DNA of 64,000 bases from an uncultured Ignavibacteriota bacterium (GTDB taxonomy: Bacteria; Bacteroidota; Ignavibacteria; UBA10030; BY39): positions 48,130 through 112,129 of the forward strand of contig CAMTWO010000014.1 in assembly GCA_947085405.1 (NCBI GenBank). The letters run 5' to 3'. The position numbers were made by a program, and so were the translations under genes. This document shows, in pieces, positions 18,395-27,833 of the stretch. The notes below the pieces were generated by a model that was not told where the DNA came from, made no database searches, and was given only the letters and a program-made list of their open reading frames with translations. The number at the start of each line of letters is the position of its first letter. Within the stretch, counting starts at the first letter, position 1.

Positions 18395-19078
18395 TTATTT
18401 ACGTTCAGATAAATATATTGCCAATTGAGTAATAATCTCTTTCGAGCATTCACCAATCGCTTCCCCCATACTTTTTTCTAAATTTTTTGTTGTATTACTA
18501 TAATCATCTACTTTAAGGACATGTTTGGAGACACTTTTTCGCCATACTTCTTCATTCCCTTTAAGAAGAATTCCTGTGAGTTGGATATCAGTTGTGGCTT
18601 CAACATCAACGCTGGAGGCAATAGCAGCACCAAGAATTCCACCGATGCAAGCTTGTGTCTGTTGTGCTTTTTGTTCATTTAAGACAACATGAAATTGATT
18701 TAAAGTGCTTCTGAAGACATAATTATCATTAGCCGGTGCTCCATCAAGAATTTGTGTAAATAGTGCTGAATTGTAAAATGCCTTCTTCATGTGTTTATCT
18801 ATTTCTGGTAGTAGCGGTATCTTATAATTTTCGTCGCCAAGAATCAGTATTCCAGCTTCCCCCATTGCACATGCCCCTGGTTTTTGACCCTTTTGATCTA
18901 TTTCATTCCGTCCGTCAACGACTGGTACGTAACCCAAAGTCCCAAATTTTTCCACAACAGTGAACCCGGTTGGTTTCATTTCGGGTAGAACAGTAAATTG
19001 TCGTGGTCCACATCCTATTGCTGCAATACATATAACAAGTATCCATAAAATGAAAAATATTTTGCTAATCTTAAACAT
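18395..19078 (-). CDS. Hypothetical lipoprotein (YajG-like fold by resemblance)
   Basis: Lipobox AIGC; VVDGRN motif; GGILGAAIA; GGAGG RBS before the ATG at 19078. Confidence 0.65.
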   Translation of the reverse strand: MFKISKIFFILWILVICIAAIGCGPRQFTVLPEMKPTGFTVVEKFGTLGYVPVVDGRNEIDQKGQKPGACAMGEAGILILGDENYKIPLLPEIDKHMKKAFYNSALFTQILDGAPANDNYVFRSTLNQFHVVLNEQKAQQTQACIGGILGAAIASSVDVEATTDIQLTGILLKGNEEVWRKSVSKHVLKVDDYSNTTKNLEKSMGEAIGECSKEIITQLAIYLSERK

Positions 19079-19118
19079 GACATCCTCCATAATTTGTTAT
19101 TAGTTTATTTTATATTAC

Positions 19119-19991
19119 TTAAAAGTTGTATGCAAAGCCGATCCATGGGATGAAAGGAAAATATTCAATACGTGAACCTAATGGATGTATTAACCCGAAA
19201 TCACCCGCTACTTTATCACCGAAAAATCGAAGCCCAAATGATATAAATTGTATATCGGAATCTGGTGGTATCCAATTTTCTGAAATTAATTTCAGGCTGT
19301 TTGATAATCTCAACTCGCCACCTAAAAGTAATATCGGTTTATTTGTTAGCTCCCCGCGTGCAAATCCCCACCCAAGTCCACCAGTAAATGAGGCTTTTTC
19401 ATTTCCATAAGTGCCAACACCATAAACTATACCGAATCCACCAAAGTTTTCTATGGTGGAATTAATGTATAATACACCACCCGCTATATCGAGATTATCA
19501 GTATGTATTGGTGTGATTTTAGGTGCAAGATACAAAATCTGAAGCGGTGCTCCGGGGAAAAGCGATATTCCACCTGCAAGCGAAACGACATCGGCTATGC
19601 CGATGGCAAGCATTGGGAAAAATATTTCGTAAACAGAAAAGTAACCGTGCCCCGATCGGAGTGAGCGGGCAGTCGGTCCAAAAAATAATCGCGTATTATT
19701 CGGGTCCATACGATAATACTCTCCGCCAATAACTTCTCCCGCCAGTTTTTCGATTCTGGATATTTGATTTTTTGGTATCGTCATACTTAATCCTGAAAAT
19801 GTGTTAAAACTGACCGAATCTCCATGATCATATTCGATAAATCCGACGAGTTCGGAACCATCGTTTAGAATAATGCGCTGAACTTTTTCATTCTTTTTCT
19901 CAATCTGTTGCTCATTCCCTTTTTCTTGACTTCTCGTGTGAACCTGTAAAAACAATAACATTGAAAGTATAATTAATAATAACTTGTTCAT
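19119..19991 (-). CDS. Hypothetical outer-membrane protein (small beta N-domain plus barrel)
   Basis: Signal peptide; IILNDGSELVG N-domain; DPNNTRLFFGPTARSL; C-terminal WIGFAYNF. Confidence 0.7.
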   Translation of the reverse strand: MNKLLLIILSMLLFLQVHTRSQEKGNEQQIEKKNEKVQRIILNDGSELVGFIEYDHGDSVSFNTFSGLSMTIPKNQISRIEKLAGEVIGGEYYRMDPNNTRLFFGPTARSLRSGHGYFSVYEIFFPMLAIGIADVVSLAGGISLFPGAPLQILYLAPKITPIHTDNLDIAGGVLYINSTIENFGGFGIVYGVGTYGNEKASFTGGLGWGFARGELTNKPILLLGGELRLSNSLKLISENWIPPDSDIQFISFGLRFFGDKVAGDFGLIHPLGSRIEYFPFIPWIGFAYNF

Positions 19992-20016
19992 TGCTATACC
20001 CTTTCTTTTTTATGAG

Positions 20017-21030
20017 TTAGTAAAAGAAATATTTTAAACCAATGTTGACGTCAAATCTATTTAAACTTTCTTTTCCAAGATCGGCTGTTTTACCATTAAC
20101 TTTGAAATTAGATACAGTGCCTAATAGGTATAAAATATCTAAACCGGCTGCCCAGTTTGGGTCTAATTTGAAATCAAGTCCTACTAAACCTGAAAGCGCA
20201 AATGCCGATCCTTCGATTTCTACTGATTTATTTGGTAACTTCCAGTCATCAGAATACGTAGCAAGTCCCAAAATTCCGCTGGCATAAAGCAATATACTTT
20301 CACTCAAAAATTTTCTTTGTGCCAAACCTACACCATACATTGCTATTGATATATTATTTTCCATTTTACCTACACCGAGTATGTTCCCTGTTTCTATGTC
20401 GTATACAACCACACCGTCAACAGAATTAGAAGTCATAAAACGCGAGAAATGGAAACATATTCCATATTCTTCTCCAAAGAAATATGTAAAATTGGCGGCT
20501 ATATTATATCCACTTTTTAATTTTTCTATATAACTCTTGAAATCTGCTGGAACGTTACCAGAGACTTCCGCAGTGCGATAACTGTAGCCACCCTCTACAT
20601 TTATACGAAATTTTGGCTCATCTGTGGATTCAACAACAGGTTCATAGTATTTTTGAGGGGTTGATCGTTTTGGGGTTTGATCCCATACAACTTTAGGTTT
20701 GGCTGGTTTATCGGTTTGTGCCTTGGAAGAATCTACTTTTGGAGGAGGTAATTGTTGAGTTTTCTTTATTGTTTCATTCGTTGATTTGGTGAAATCAATC
20801 GCACCCGGTATGCCATATCTCAATATGGTTTTTATTTGGTTTGTTTTAAATGTAAAAGTACTCCCTGCTCGAGTTTGGATGGTTACTTGTTCACCTGGTA
20901 AGATTTCGGTTATTTTTCCAACTACTCTATTGCCTTCTAATAAAACGACAATATCCTTGAATTCATCCTCTTGTGCGTAAAGAATTTGGAGAGTAAGTAA
21001 GAAGATTGTTAAAATAATTCGATAGCTCAT
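20017..21030 (-). CDS. Outer-membrane beta-barrel protein with N-terminal small beta domain and Pro/Lys linker
   Basis: Signal peptide; DIVVLLEGNRVVGKI; GGYSYRTA...LKSG; C-terminal NIGLKYFFY. Confidence 0.75.
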   Translation of the reverse strand: MSYRIILTIFLLTLQILYAQEDEFKDIVVLLEGNRVVGKITEILPGEQVTIQTRAGSTFTFKTNQIKTILRYGIPGAIDFTKSTNETIKKTQQLPPPKVDSSKAQTDKPAKPKVVWDQTPKRSTPQKYYEPVVESTDEPKFRINVEGGYSYRTAEVSGNVPADFKSYIEKLKSGYNIAANFTYFFGEEYGICFHFSRFMTSNSVDGVVVYDIETGNILGVGKMENNISIAMYGVGLAQRKFLSESILLYASGILGLATYSDDWKLPNKSVEIEGSAFALSGLVGLDFKLDPNWAAGLDILYLLGTVSNFKVNGKTADLGKESLNRFDVNIGLKYFFY

Positions 21031-21318
21031 TACAATTGCTCCTTTCTATTTTATTGGTCTAAAATATTGAAACATCCGAAAAATGCTCTTAACGAATTGA
21101 GCTCTATTTTAAAAATATTTAATTTCTTATTAACAGAACTTATAACCGCTTGACAAGTAGAATATAGAATATCTGTCTATAATTTTTCCTGTCAATCAGT
21201 TGTCATATTTATATATAAAAAAAACTATGAATTTCCATACTTCAAACCTGCCCCCCAGCAAATGAAAAATATCTATCCAAATGCACAGATAATATAGAAT
21301 CCTAATAATTTAAAAGCA

Positions 21319-21372
21319 AATCCATCATTCCATTAATCCACTACTCCATTTATCCAATAATCCATCTCTCCC
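21319..21372. repeat. Degenerate octamer tandem repeat
   Basis: ccatcatt ccattaat ccactact ccatttat ccaataat ccatctct. Confidence 0.6.
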
Positions 21373-21394
21373 TTTCTCCGCATCACCGCTTCAT

Positions 21395-21423
21395 TTGACT
21401 TCTTCACAAAAAAGCCTTATCTT
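21395..21423 (+). promoter_or_regulatory. Putative sigma70 promoter of the fur-feo operon
   Basis: TTGACT-17 bp-TATCTT. Confidence 0.6.
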
Positions 21424-21445
21424 TATTTAGAATAATTCTAAATAA
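21423..21445. promoter_or_regulatory. Perfect 11-1-11 palindromic operator (Fur-family/ICE-like box)
   Basis: TTATTTAGAAT-A-ATTCTAAATAA lies between the -10 box and the regulator start codon. Confidence 0.8.
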
Positions 21446-21449
21446 GAAA

Positions 21450-21890
21450 ATGAGTAATAATTTAACTTCCGACATACTGAAGAAATACATAAAGGAAAAG
21501 AAACTCCGTTCCACACCTGAACGCGAGCGTATTTTGAACGAAGTTATGAAACTCGACCGCCATTTTACCACAGAAGATTTATTCGGAATCTTAAAGAAAA
21601 AGAAAGAAAAATTTGTATTAGCCACTATCTATAACACACTCGACCTTTTCGTTTCAGCAGGAATTCTCACAAAATATCGTTTAGGAGCCGAGCGATCATA
21701 CTACGAGAGAGCCATAGACAAGCCGGGACATCACCACCTGATTTGTTTAGATTGCGGAAATATAATCGAGTTTGTCGCTGATACATTATCCGATTACGAA
21801 TTGAAAATAGCAAAACAGAATAACTTCCACGTCCAAAATTCAACACATCAAATTTTTGGAATTTGTATAAAATGCCAGAAGGAAAAATAA
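21450..21890 (+). CDS. fur: Fur-family transcriptional repressor
   Basis: RSTPERERIL, HFTTEDL, ATIYNTLDLF, HHHLICLDCG and C-terminal CIKC. Confidence 0.9.
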   Translation: MSNNLTSDILKKYIKEKKLRSTPERERILNEVMKLDRHFTTEDLFGILKKKKEKFVLATIYNTLDLFVSAGILTKYRLGAERSYYERAIDKPGHHHLICLDCGNIIEFVADTLSDYELKIAKQNNFHVQNSTHQIFGICIKCQKEK

Positions 21891-21892
21891 CG

Positions 21893-22129
21893 ATGACCCC
21901 GAAAAGCCATATCCCTCTATCAAAAGTAAAAAAAGGCAACATAGTCAGGATTATAACACTCCCCGATGGTTTAGCACGAACCCAATTAATTCGTTTCGGA
22001 ATTGTGGAAGGTGATTTAGTGAAATGTTTGGAACACCTTCCCGGCGGCACAATTGTAATTCAAAAAAACCGACAGGAAATTGCACTCGGTTCGAAGCTAT
22101 CACACAAAATAATTGTAAACATAAATTAA
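21893..22129 (+). CDS. feoA: Ferrous iron transport protein A
   Basis: IPLSKVKKG...LIRFGIVEG...IALG; immediately upstream of feoB. Start at MTPKS preferred. Confidence 0.88.
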   Translation: MTPKSHIPLSKVKKGNIVRIITLPDGLARTQLIRFGIVEGDLVKCLEHLPGGTIVIQKNRQEIALGSKLSHKIIVNIN

Positions 22130-22130
22130 A

Positions 22131-24005
22131 ATGCCGACTAACGAAATTAATCATCTCGAGCATCATACACACATCGAAAAATCTCCAATCATTTCCGACA
22201 GTGCAAATCCAAAATTAGTTCTTGTCGGTAATCCAAACGTTGGCAAGTCGGTTGTCTTCAACTATCTCAGCGGTATTTATGTAGATGTATCAAATTTTCC
22301 CGGAACTACTGTCGAAATCACCAAAGGTAAATATCTTCATTACGAAGTTTACGACACACCCGGCATTTACGGTGTGTCCTCCTTCAACGACGAAGAACGG
22401 GTTGCCCGTGATATTATACTCGAAGCCGATTTCATAATTAACATTGTGGATGGTGTGCACATCGAGCGCGACCTCTTCCTAACTCAACAATTAATTGATA
22501 TGGGAAAACGAATCGTTGTAGTAATCAACTTTATGGATGAAATTAAAAAGCACCACATCAAGATTGATACTGCACAACTCGAAAAATTACTCGACGTCCC
22601 TATCGTTACAGCCACAGCCATTAAAAAAGAAGGTTTGAAAGAACTTGAACAGCTAATCGGCAAAGCGCGGCAGGGAAAACAAAGCAAAGACTTGCACTTG
22701 AAGCTCCATAATATGCTGAACTCTGTCGGTTCACAAGCTGAAGCGTTGCTTGTTTTAGAAGGAGATGAATATACAGCAAACAAACACGGAATAAAACCTT
22801 TGGAACAACGCGAACAATTATACATCGATAGACGTAATCGTGTTAACAATATCGTAAATCAAGTAATCGAAGATGCATCTGTCAGAAAACATATCACCTC
22901 GTTAATCGGCCGCTGGTCGCTCAACACTATAACCGGAATTCCAATTCTTCTCGGTGTTTTATATATCGCATATCTTTTCATCGGGAAACTTGTTGCACAG
23001 GATTTAGTTGGTTTTACCGAATCATATTTCGGAAATGAACTTTGGGAAACTTGGATTCGCTCCGCTGTTTCTGATTTCATCACTCCAACCTCCTTCCTGG
23101 GAACGGTCTTGATTGGCGAGTTCGGAGTTCTTACGATGACTATTACATACTTATTGTTTCTCTTGTTTCCGCTTGTGTTTGCTTTTTACATAACACTTTC
23201 GTTTTTGGAAGACACCGGATATTTGCCGCGACTTGCTACGATGGTTGATAGAAGTATGAATTTTTTAGGATTGAATGGACGAGCAATCATTCCGATGATA
23301 TTAGGATTTGGATGCGTTTCAGCCGCTACAATCACTACCCGTTTACTCGCAAGCGAACGTGAGAAAACTATCGCAACAGCAATTCTGCAATTTGCAATTC
23401 CCTGCTCGGCTCAACTTGCGGTAATCACAGCACTTTTGATGGGAGCCGGATTCAAAGCTCTATTGATATATGTCTTTGTAATCGTTTTGGTGTTCATTGT
23501 TATCGGAACGATATTGAACAAAATATTGAAAGGTGAATCAACTCCTTTGTTAATCGACCTGCCACCGATACGCGTTCCGAGAATGAATAATGTTTTACAA
23601 AAAACCAGTGTGCGAACTTTTTCGTTTATGAAAGAAGCCACACCCTGGTTCTTTTTCGGCGCCGCGGTTATTGGCACGATGGAGGCAACCGGTTTGCTGC
23701 AAGTTTGGCAAAAAGCACTCTCACCTTTTACAGAACATTGGCTTAAACTCCCTCCCGAAGCGACAACAGCTTTCGTAATGGGGCTTGTGCGCCGCGACTT
23801 TGGAGCCGCCGGACTTTATGATATCGCAATGAATCCAATGCAAACAGTCGTTGCATTAGTTACAATTACACTCTTTGTTCCGTGTATTACTTCCATTTTA
23901 ATAATGTATAAAGAGCGCGGTTGGAAAACTGCTACGATAATCTGGATTGGAACTTGGATTGGTTCGTTCACAATCGGTGGTATCGTCGCTCAAATTATTG
24001 TATAG
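22131..24005 (+). CDS. feoB: Ferrous iron transporter B
   Basis: GNPNVGKS, NFPGTTVE, DTPG, NFMD G-motifs; LEDTGYLPR, GFGC, IPCSAQ and FVPC membrane motifs. Confidence 0.95.
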   Translation: MPTNEINHLEHHTHIEKSPIISDSANPKLVLVGNPNVGKSVVFNYLSGIYVDVSNFPGTTVEITKGKYLHYEVYDTPGIYGVSSFNDEERVARDIILEADFIINIVDGVHIERDLFLTQQLIDMGKRIVVVINFMDEIKKHHIKIDTAQLEKLLDVPIVTATAIKKEGLKELEQLIGKARQGKQSKDLHLKLHNMLNSVGSQAEALLVLEGDEYTANKHGIKPLEQREQLYIDRRNRVNNIVNQVIEDASVRKHITSLIGRWSLNTITGIPILLGVLYIAYLFIGKLVAQDLVGFTESYFGNELWETWIRSAVSDFITPTSFLGTVLIGEFGVLTMTITYLLFLLFPLVFAFYITLSFLEDTGYLPRLATMVDRSMNFLGLNGRAIIPMILGFGCVSAATITTRLLASEREKTIATAILQFAIPCSAQLAVITALLMGAGFKALLIYVFVIVLVFIVIGTILNKILKGESTPLLIDLPPIRVPRMNNVLQKTSVRTFSFMKEATPWFFFGAAVIGTMEATGLLQVWQKALSPFTEHWLKLPPEATTAFVMGLVRRDFGAAGLYDIAMNPMQTVVALVTITLFVPCITSILIMYKERGWKTATIIWIGTWIGSFTIGGIVAQIIV

Positions 24006-24009
24006 ATAT

Positions 24010-24219
24010 ATGAATCAATCATTAACCGAAAAATTAAATCCGCCTTCCGCCTACGGCGGAGTGGACGAAACTCGCAGTTGTCCTACTTGCAAGTTCGTTA
24101 TCGAAAATCCATTTGTAGAAAAATGCCCGCGATGTTTTACTGAATTGCAGAAACTTGAAGTCGGTTGCTCAGCTTGTGCCCACAAAGCACAATGTTCATT
24201 TTTTTACATCAAAAAATAA
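24010..24219 (+). CDS. Small Cys-rich protein (69 aa) downstream of feoB
   Basis: CPTC...CPRC...GCSACAHKAQC; ATG at 24010, just after the feoB stop. Confidence 0.7.
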   Translation: MNQSLTEKLNPPSAYGGVDETRSCPTCKFVIENPFVEKCPRCFTELQKLEVGCSACAHKAQCSFFYIKK

Positions 24220-24247
24220 TTATAATAATAAATGGAGACTTTAGTAT

Positions 24248-24760
24248 ATGACAACTATGGTAAATGTTTTTGACCGCATCGACACTTATCTGACGCACTG
24301 GATGGCAAAGCAGGGAATTCGCCTTTTGCGAATAAGTATCGGTGTCATTTTTTTCTGGTTCGGCATGCTGAAATTTTTCCCGGGAATTAGCCCGGCGGAA
24401 GACTTCGCCGCCCAAACAATAGAATTGTTAACTCTTGGCAGCATTCCCGCCACGACGGCAGTGTTTTTACTCGCTGTGTGGGAGGTTTTAATCGGTCTTG
24501 GTTTGATCTTCGGTGTGTTCATGCGCGCAACGCTGTTTCTGCTGTTCACGCAGATGCTCGGTACGGTTACGCCTCTGTTCCTTCTGCCGCACGAGGTGTT
24601 CACTCATTTCCCGTACGCACTCACGTTGAAAGGACAATACATCATCAAGAATATTGTGGTCGTCAGTGCGGCGCTTGTCATCGGAGCAACGGTGAGGGGA
24701 GGTAAGCTTATTGCTGAACCGCACCACATCGTAAACCAACCGCCTAACAAGGAAAAATAA
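24248..24760 (+). CDS. DoxX/DUF417 (YkgB/RclC-like) membrane protein
   Basis: LLRISIGVIFFWFGMLKFFP, EVLIG, GQYIIKN. Confidence 0.8.
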   Translation: MTTMVNVFDRIDTYLTHWMAKQGIRLLRISIGVIFFWFGMLKFFPGISPAEDFAAQTIELLTLGSIPATTAVFLLAVWEVLIGLGLIFGVFMRATLFLLFTQMLGTVTPLFLLPHEVFTHFPYALTLKGQYIIKNIVVVSAALVIGATVRGGKLIAEPHHIVNQPPNKEK

Positions 24761-24819
24761 AAACTTTGATTTATGACAACCTCACTATAAATAATTAATT
24801 CAAAAAAAAGGAAAAACAA

Positions 24820-26052
24820 ATGAGTGAAATAATAAATAACAGTAGAAAACGAGTTGATCAACTCAAAAAACTTATACTTGATATGCATAAAGGTATAAGT
24901 GTAGAAGAAACAAGTAAAAATCTCTCGAAACTTATGGGCAGCGTTCCTTACGGTGAAGTTGTACAAGCCGAGCAGGAATTAATAAACGAAGGTTTATCGC
25001 AGGAAGAAGTATTAAAGTTCTGTGACATTCACACCGAAGCCCTAAAAGGAAAAATCGATGTCACATCTGCCCGAACTGCGCCCGTGGGGCATCCCATTGA
25101 TACTATGATTAAAGAAAATGCTGAAGTAAACAAAGAAATAAACAAGCTGAAAGATATTTTTACAAAAGTAGAATCGATGGAAGCATCGGTGGATGCAAGC
25201 AAATTATTATTTGAGATACGCTTTGCTTTCAATTCTTTAATGGATATTGAAAAGCATTATGTAAGAAAAGAGAATCTTATATTCCCCTATCTTGAAAAAT
25301 ATAACATTACCGGTCCGCCCACAGTAATGTGGGGAAAACACGATGAAGTAAGAGAATTTCTTAAATCTGCACAGAAAATTTTTAAAGAAAGTAACACGGC
25401 AATCGCAGAAGAACTTAACGGCTATATTGAGTTTATATTTAAACCTACCTTAAAAGCCATCGAGGAAATGATTTATAAAGAAGAGCAAATTCTTTTCCCA
25501 ATGTGTCTTGATGCATTCACGGAAATCGACTGGGTTGAAATTTATAATCAGAGTGATGAAATAGGATATTGCCTTTATTCTCCAAAAGTAAAGTGGACCA
25601 CTTCAATTGAAGGATACGTTGAACCAAAGAATATCGGTTCGGGGAAAATTCATCTATCAACAGGTTCTTTTTCTCTCGAGGAATTAGAAGCGCTTTTCAA
25701 CAGTCTCCCAGTTGATATTACGTTTGTTGATAAAGACGACCGCGTTAAATTTTTCTCACACGGAGAAGATAGAATATTCGAAAGAAACAAAGCTATACTT
25801 GAAAGAAAAATACAGTTTTGTCATCCTCCAAAAAGTGTGCACATAGTTGAACAGATTGTTAATGATTTCAAGTCCGGCAAACAAGATTCGGCAAAGTTCT
25901 GGATTAACTTCAAAAATAAATATGTTCATATAGCATACTATGCCGTAAGAGGAAAAAATAATGAATATCTTGGGACTCTGGAAGTAACTCAGGATATTAA
26001 ACAGTATAAAGATTTAGAAGACGAACGAAGGTTATTAACTTATGATAAATAG
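24820..26052 (+). CDS. DUF438 / hemerythrin-like / PAS domain protein
   Basis: EQELI, FCDIH, GHPIDT, HYVRKENLIFP, VMWGKHDEVR, EMIYKEEQILFP; PAS part LPVDITFVD...CHPPKS...GTLEVTQD. Confidence 0.88.
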   Translation: MSEIINNSRKRVDQLKKLILDMHKGISVEETSKNLSKLMGSVPYGEVVQAEQELINEGLSQEEVLKFCDIHTEALKGKIDVTSARTAPVGHPIDTMIKENAEVNKEINKLKDIFTKVESMEASVDASKLLFEIRFAFNSLMDIEKHYVRKENLIFPYLEKYNITGPPTVMWGKHDEVREFLKSAQKIFKESNTAIAEELNGYIEFIFKPTLKAIEEMIYKEEQILFPMCLDAFTEIDWVEIYNQSDEIGYCLYSPKVKWTTSIEGYVEPKNIGSGKIHLSTGSFSLEELEALFNSLPVDITFVDKDDRVKFFSHGEDRIFERNKAILERKIQFCHPPKSVHIVEQIVNDFKSGKQDSAKFWINFKNKYVHIAYYAVRGKNNEYLGTLEVTQDIKQYKDLEDERRLLTYDK

Positions 26053-26602
26053 TAAGGAAATGAAAATGAACAGCAACAATAATTTACACATAACACCGCA
26101 AACCATTATTGCGGATTTATTAAACACTTATCCGCAGCTTGAAGATAAGCTCATCGAAATAGCACCAGTATTCAAGAAGTTAAAAAATCCAATCTTGCGT
26201 AGAACAATCGCAAAAGTAACATCACTCAAACAGGCGGCAACAATCGGAAATATTGCTTTACCTATGCTCATAAATGAGTTACGAAAAGCTGTTGGACAGG
26301 AACTGACAGATATAACAGATAATAAATCTCCAGGAGCTATTTCAAAACCTGATTGGGTAAGCGAAGAAAATGTGAAACTGATTTACGACGCAAGAGAAGA
26401 CCTCGAAAACGGAGTCCATCCTGTTTCTAATGTGGTTAGAGATATTGAAACAATTACTGGTAATGGTATTTATCTTCTGATAACCCCATTTATTCCATTA
26501 CCATTAATCGACATTGTTAACAAAAAAGGATTTCTGACATATTCAGAAAAAATAGAAGAAAACAAATTTTACACATTTATTAAAAAAGACTTGAGTCTAT
26601 AA
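26042..26602 (+). CDS. DUF1858-domain protein
   Basis: ITPQT.IADLL..YPQL...FKKLKNPILR.T; C-terminal HPV...PFIPLPLI (DUF2249-like). Confidence 0.75.
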   Translation: MINSKEMKMNSNNNLHITPQTIIADLLNTYPQLEDKLIEIAPVFKKLKNPILRRTIAKVTSLKQAATIGNIALPMLINELRKAVGQELTDITDNKSPGAISKPDWVSEENVKLIYDAREDLENGVHPVSNVVRDIETITGNGIYLLITPFIPLPLIDIVNKKGFLTYSEKIEENKFYTFIKKDLSL

Positions 26603-26645
26603 TTCTTAAACAACAAATTATTTCAACAAACAAAGGAAACGTTAT

Positions 26646-27833
26646 ATGAAAAATATATTATCAATTACACTTTTATTAACACTTGGTTCTATAATGTCGT
26701 ATTCACAAGAACCAACTACGAGCATCGGAGGTTACGGTGAACTTCACATCAATGTTCCTGAAGGTTCGGGGAAAAAGGAAGCCGACTTCCACCGCTTCAT
26801 AATTTATTTAGGCCACAATTTCAACGAGAAGTGGTCACTAATGTCTGAACTTGAAATTGAACACGCAGGCAAAGAAGTTGAATTGGAGCAGGCGTATTTA
26901 GAATATCGATACTCGAAAGCATTGGGATTTCGTGCAGGTGTACTGTTGCAGCCGCTTGGCATCATCAATCCATACCACGAACCACCAATGTTTTTTGGCG
27001 TTGAACGCCCCAATTTTGAAAAAAGCATAATCCCAACAACTTGGTGGGAAAACGGAATTGGAGTTTTTGGTCATATTACTGATGAGGTAAATTACACTGC
27101 ACAAATAACTTCCGGTCTTCGCGCTGATGGTTTTACTGCAAAAGACGGGATACGCGGTGGAAGACAGAAAGCAATCGAGAGTTTTTCTGAAAATCCCTCT
27201 TTCATCGGAAATATAAACTACATACCAATACCCGAATTAAAAATCGGCGGCGGGGTGTTCTTTGGAAACTCAGTTCCGGCAAACGACAAACGTTCCGGTA
27301 AAATTGATGCAGACGGCTTTGTAAGTTTGGGCGTTGGGCATTTGCAATACAAGCGAAATCAATTTGAATTTAAAGCCGAGTATGCTTTCGTGAACATCGC
27401 AGATGCAGATAAAATAAACCGTGCATACCCGACAATCACGGAAAAAACCGTTAATCAAAAGATAGTAAATATCAGCGGCGATACTCTGACAATTCCTACA
27501 ATACAAAAAACATCTACACCAAATAATGTAGCGAGTATGATGAACGGATTCCTGATTGAGGGGGCATACAATTTCCTGCCTTGTTTAGTCGAAACATCAG
27601 AAGAACTTTGGGCATTCGCTCGTTTGGAAAAATACAACACACAAGCAGAGATGCCTGCCGGTTTCGTTGCCGATAATAAATATAACCGCACCGAAATTAC
27701 TTTTGGGTTGAGTTATAAACCGGTTTATAATGCGGTAGTGAAAGCCGATTTGCAAATGTTCGGTAACGAGAAAGATGGTTTCAGTAATAATCTCAAACAA
27801 TTTAATTTCGGAATAGGATACTATTTCTTTTAA
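26646..27833 (+). CDS. Outer-membrane porin (OprO/P-like family)
   Basis: Signal peptide; GGYGELH, DFHRF, ELEIEH, VELEQAY, HEPPMFFGVERP, IIPTTW; C-terminal FGIGYYFF. Confidence 0.8.
   Translation: MKNILSITLLLTLGSIMSYSQEPTTSIGGYGELHINVPEGSGKKEADFHRFIIYLGHNFNEKWSLMSELEIEHAGKEVELEQAYLEYRYSKALGFRAGVLLQPLGIINPYHEPPMFFGVERPNFEKSIIPTTWWENGIGVFGHITDEVNYTAQITSGLRADGFTAKDGIRGGRQKAIESFSENPSFIGNINYIPIPELKIGGGVFFGNSVPANDKRSGKIDADGFVSLGVGHLQYKRNQFEFKAEYAFVNIADADKINRAYPTITEKTVNQKIVNISGDTLTIPTIQKTSTPNNVASMMNGFLIEGAYNFLPCLVETSEELWAFARLEKYNTQAEMPAGFVADNKYNRTEITFGLSYKPVYNAVVKADLQMFGNEKDGFSNNLKQFNFGIGYYFF

Noticed and set aside
7142-21030. Integron cassette array
   Set aside because: No attC-like GTTRRRY/RYYYAAC palindromes between genes and no integrase in the window.
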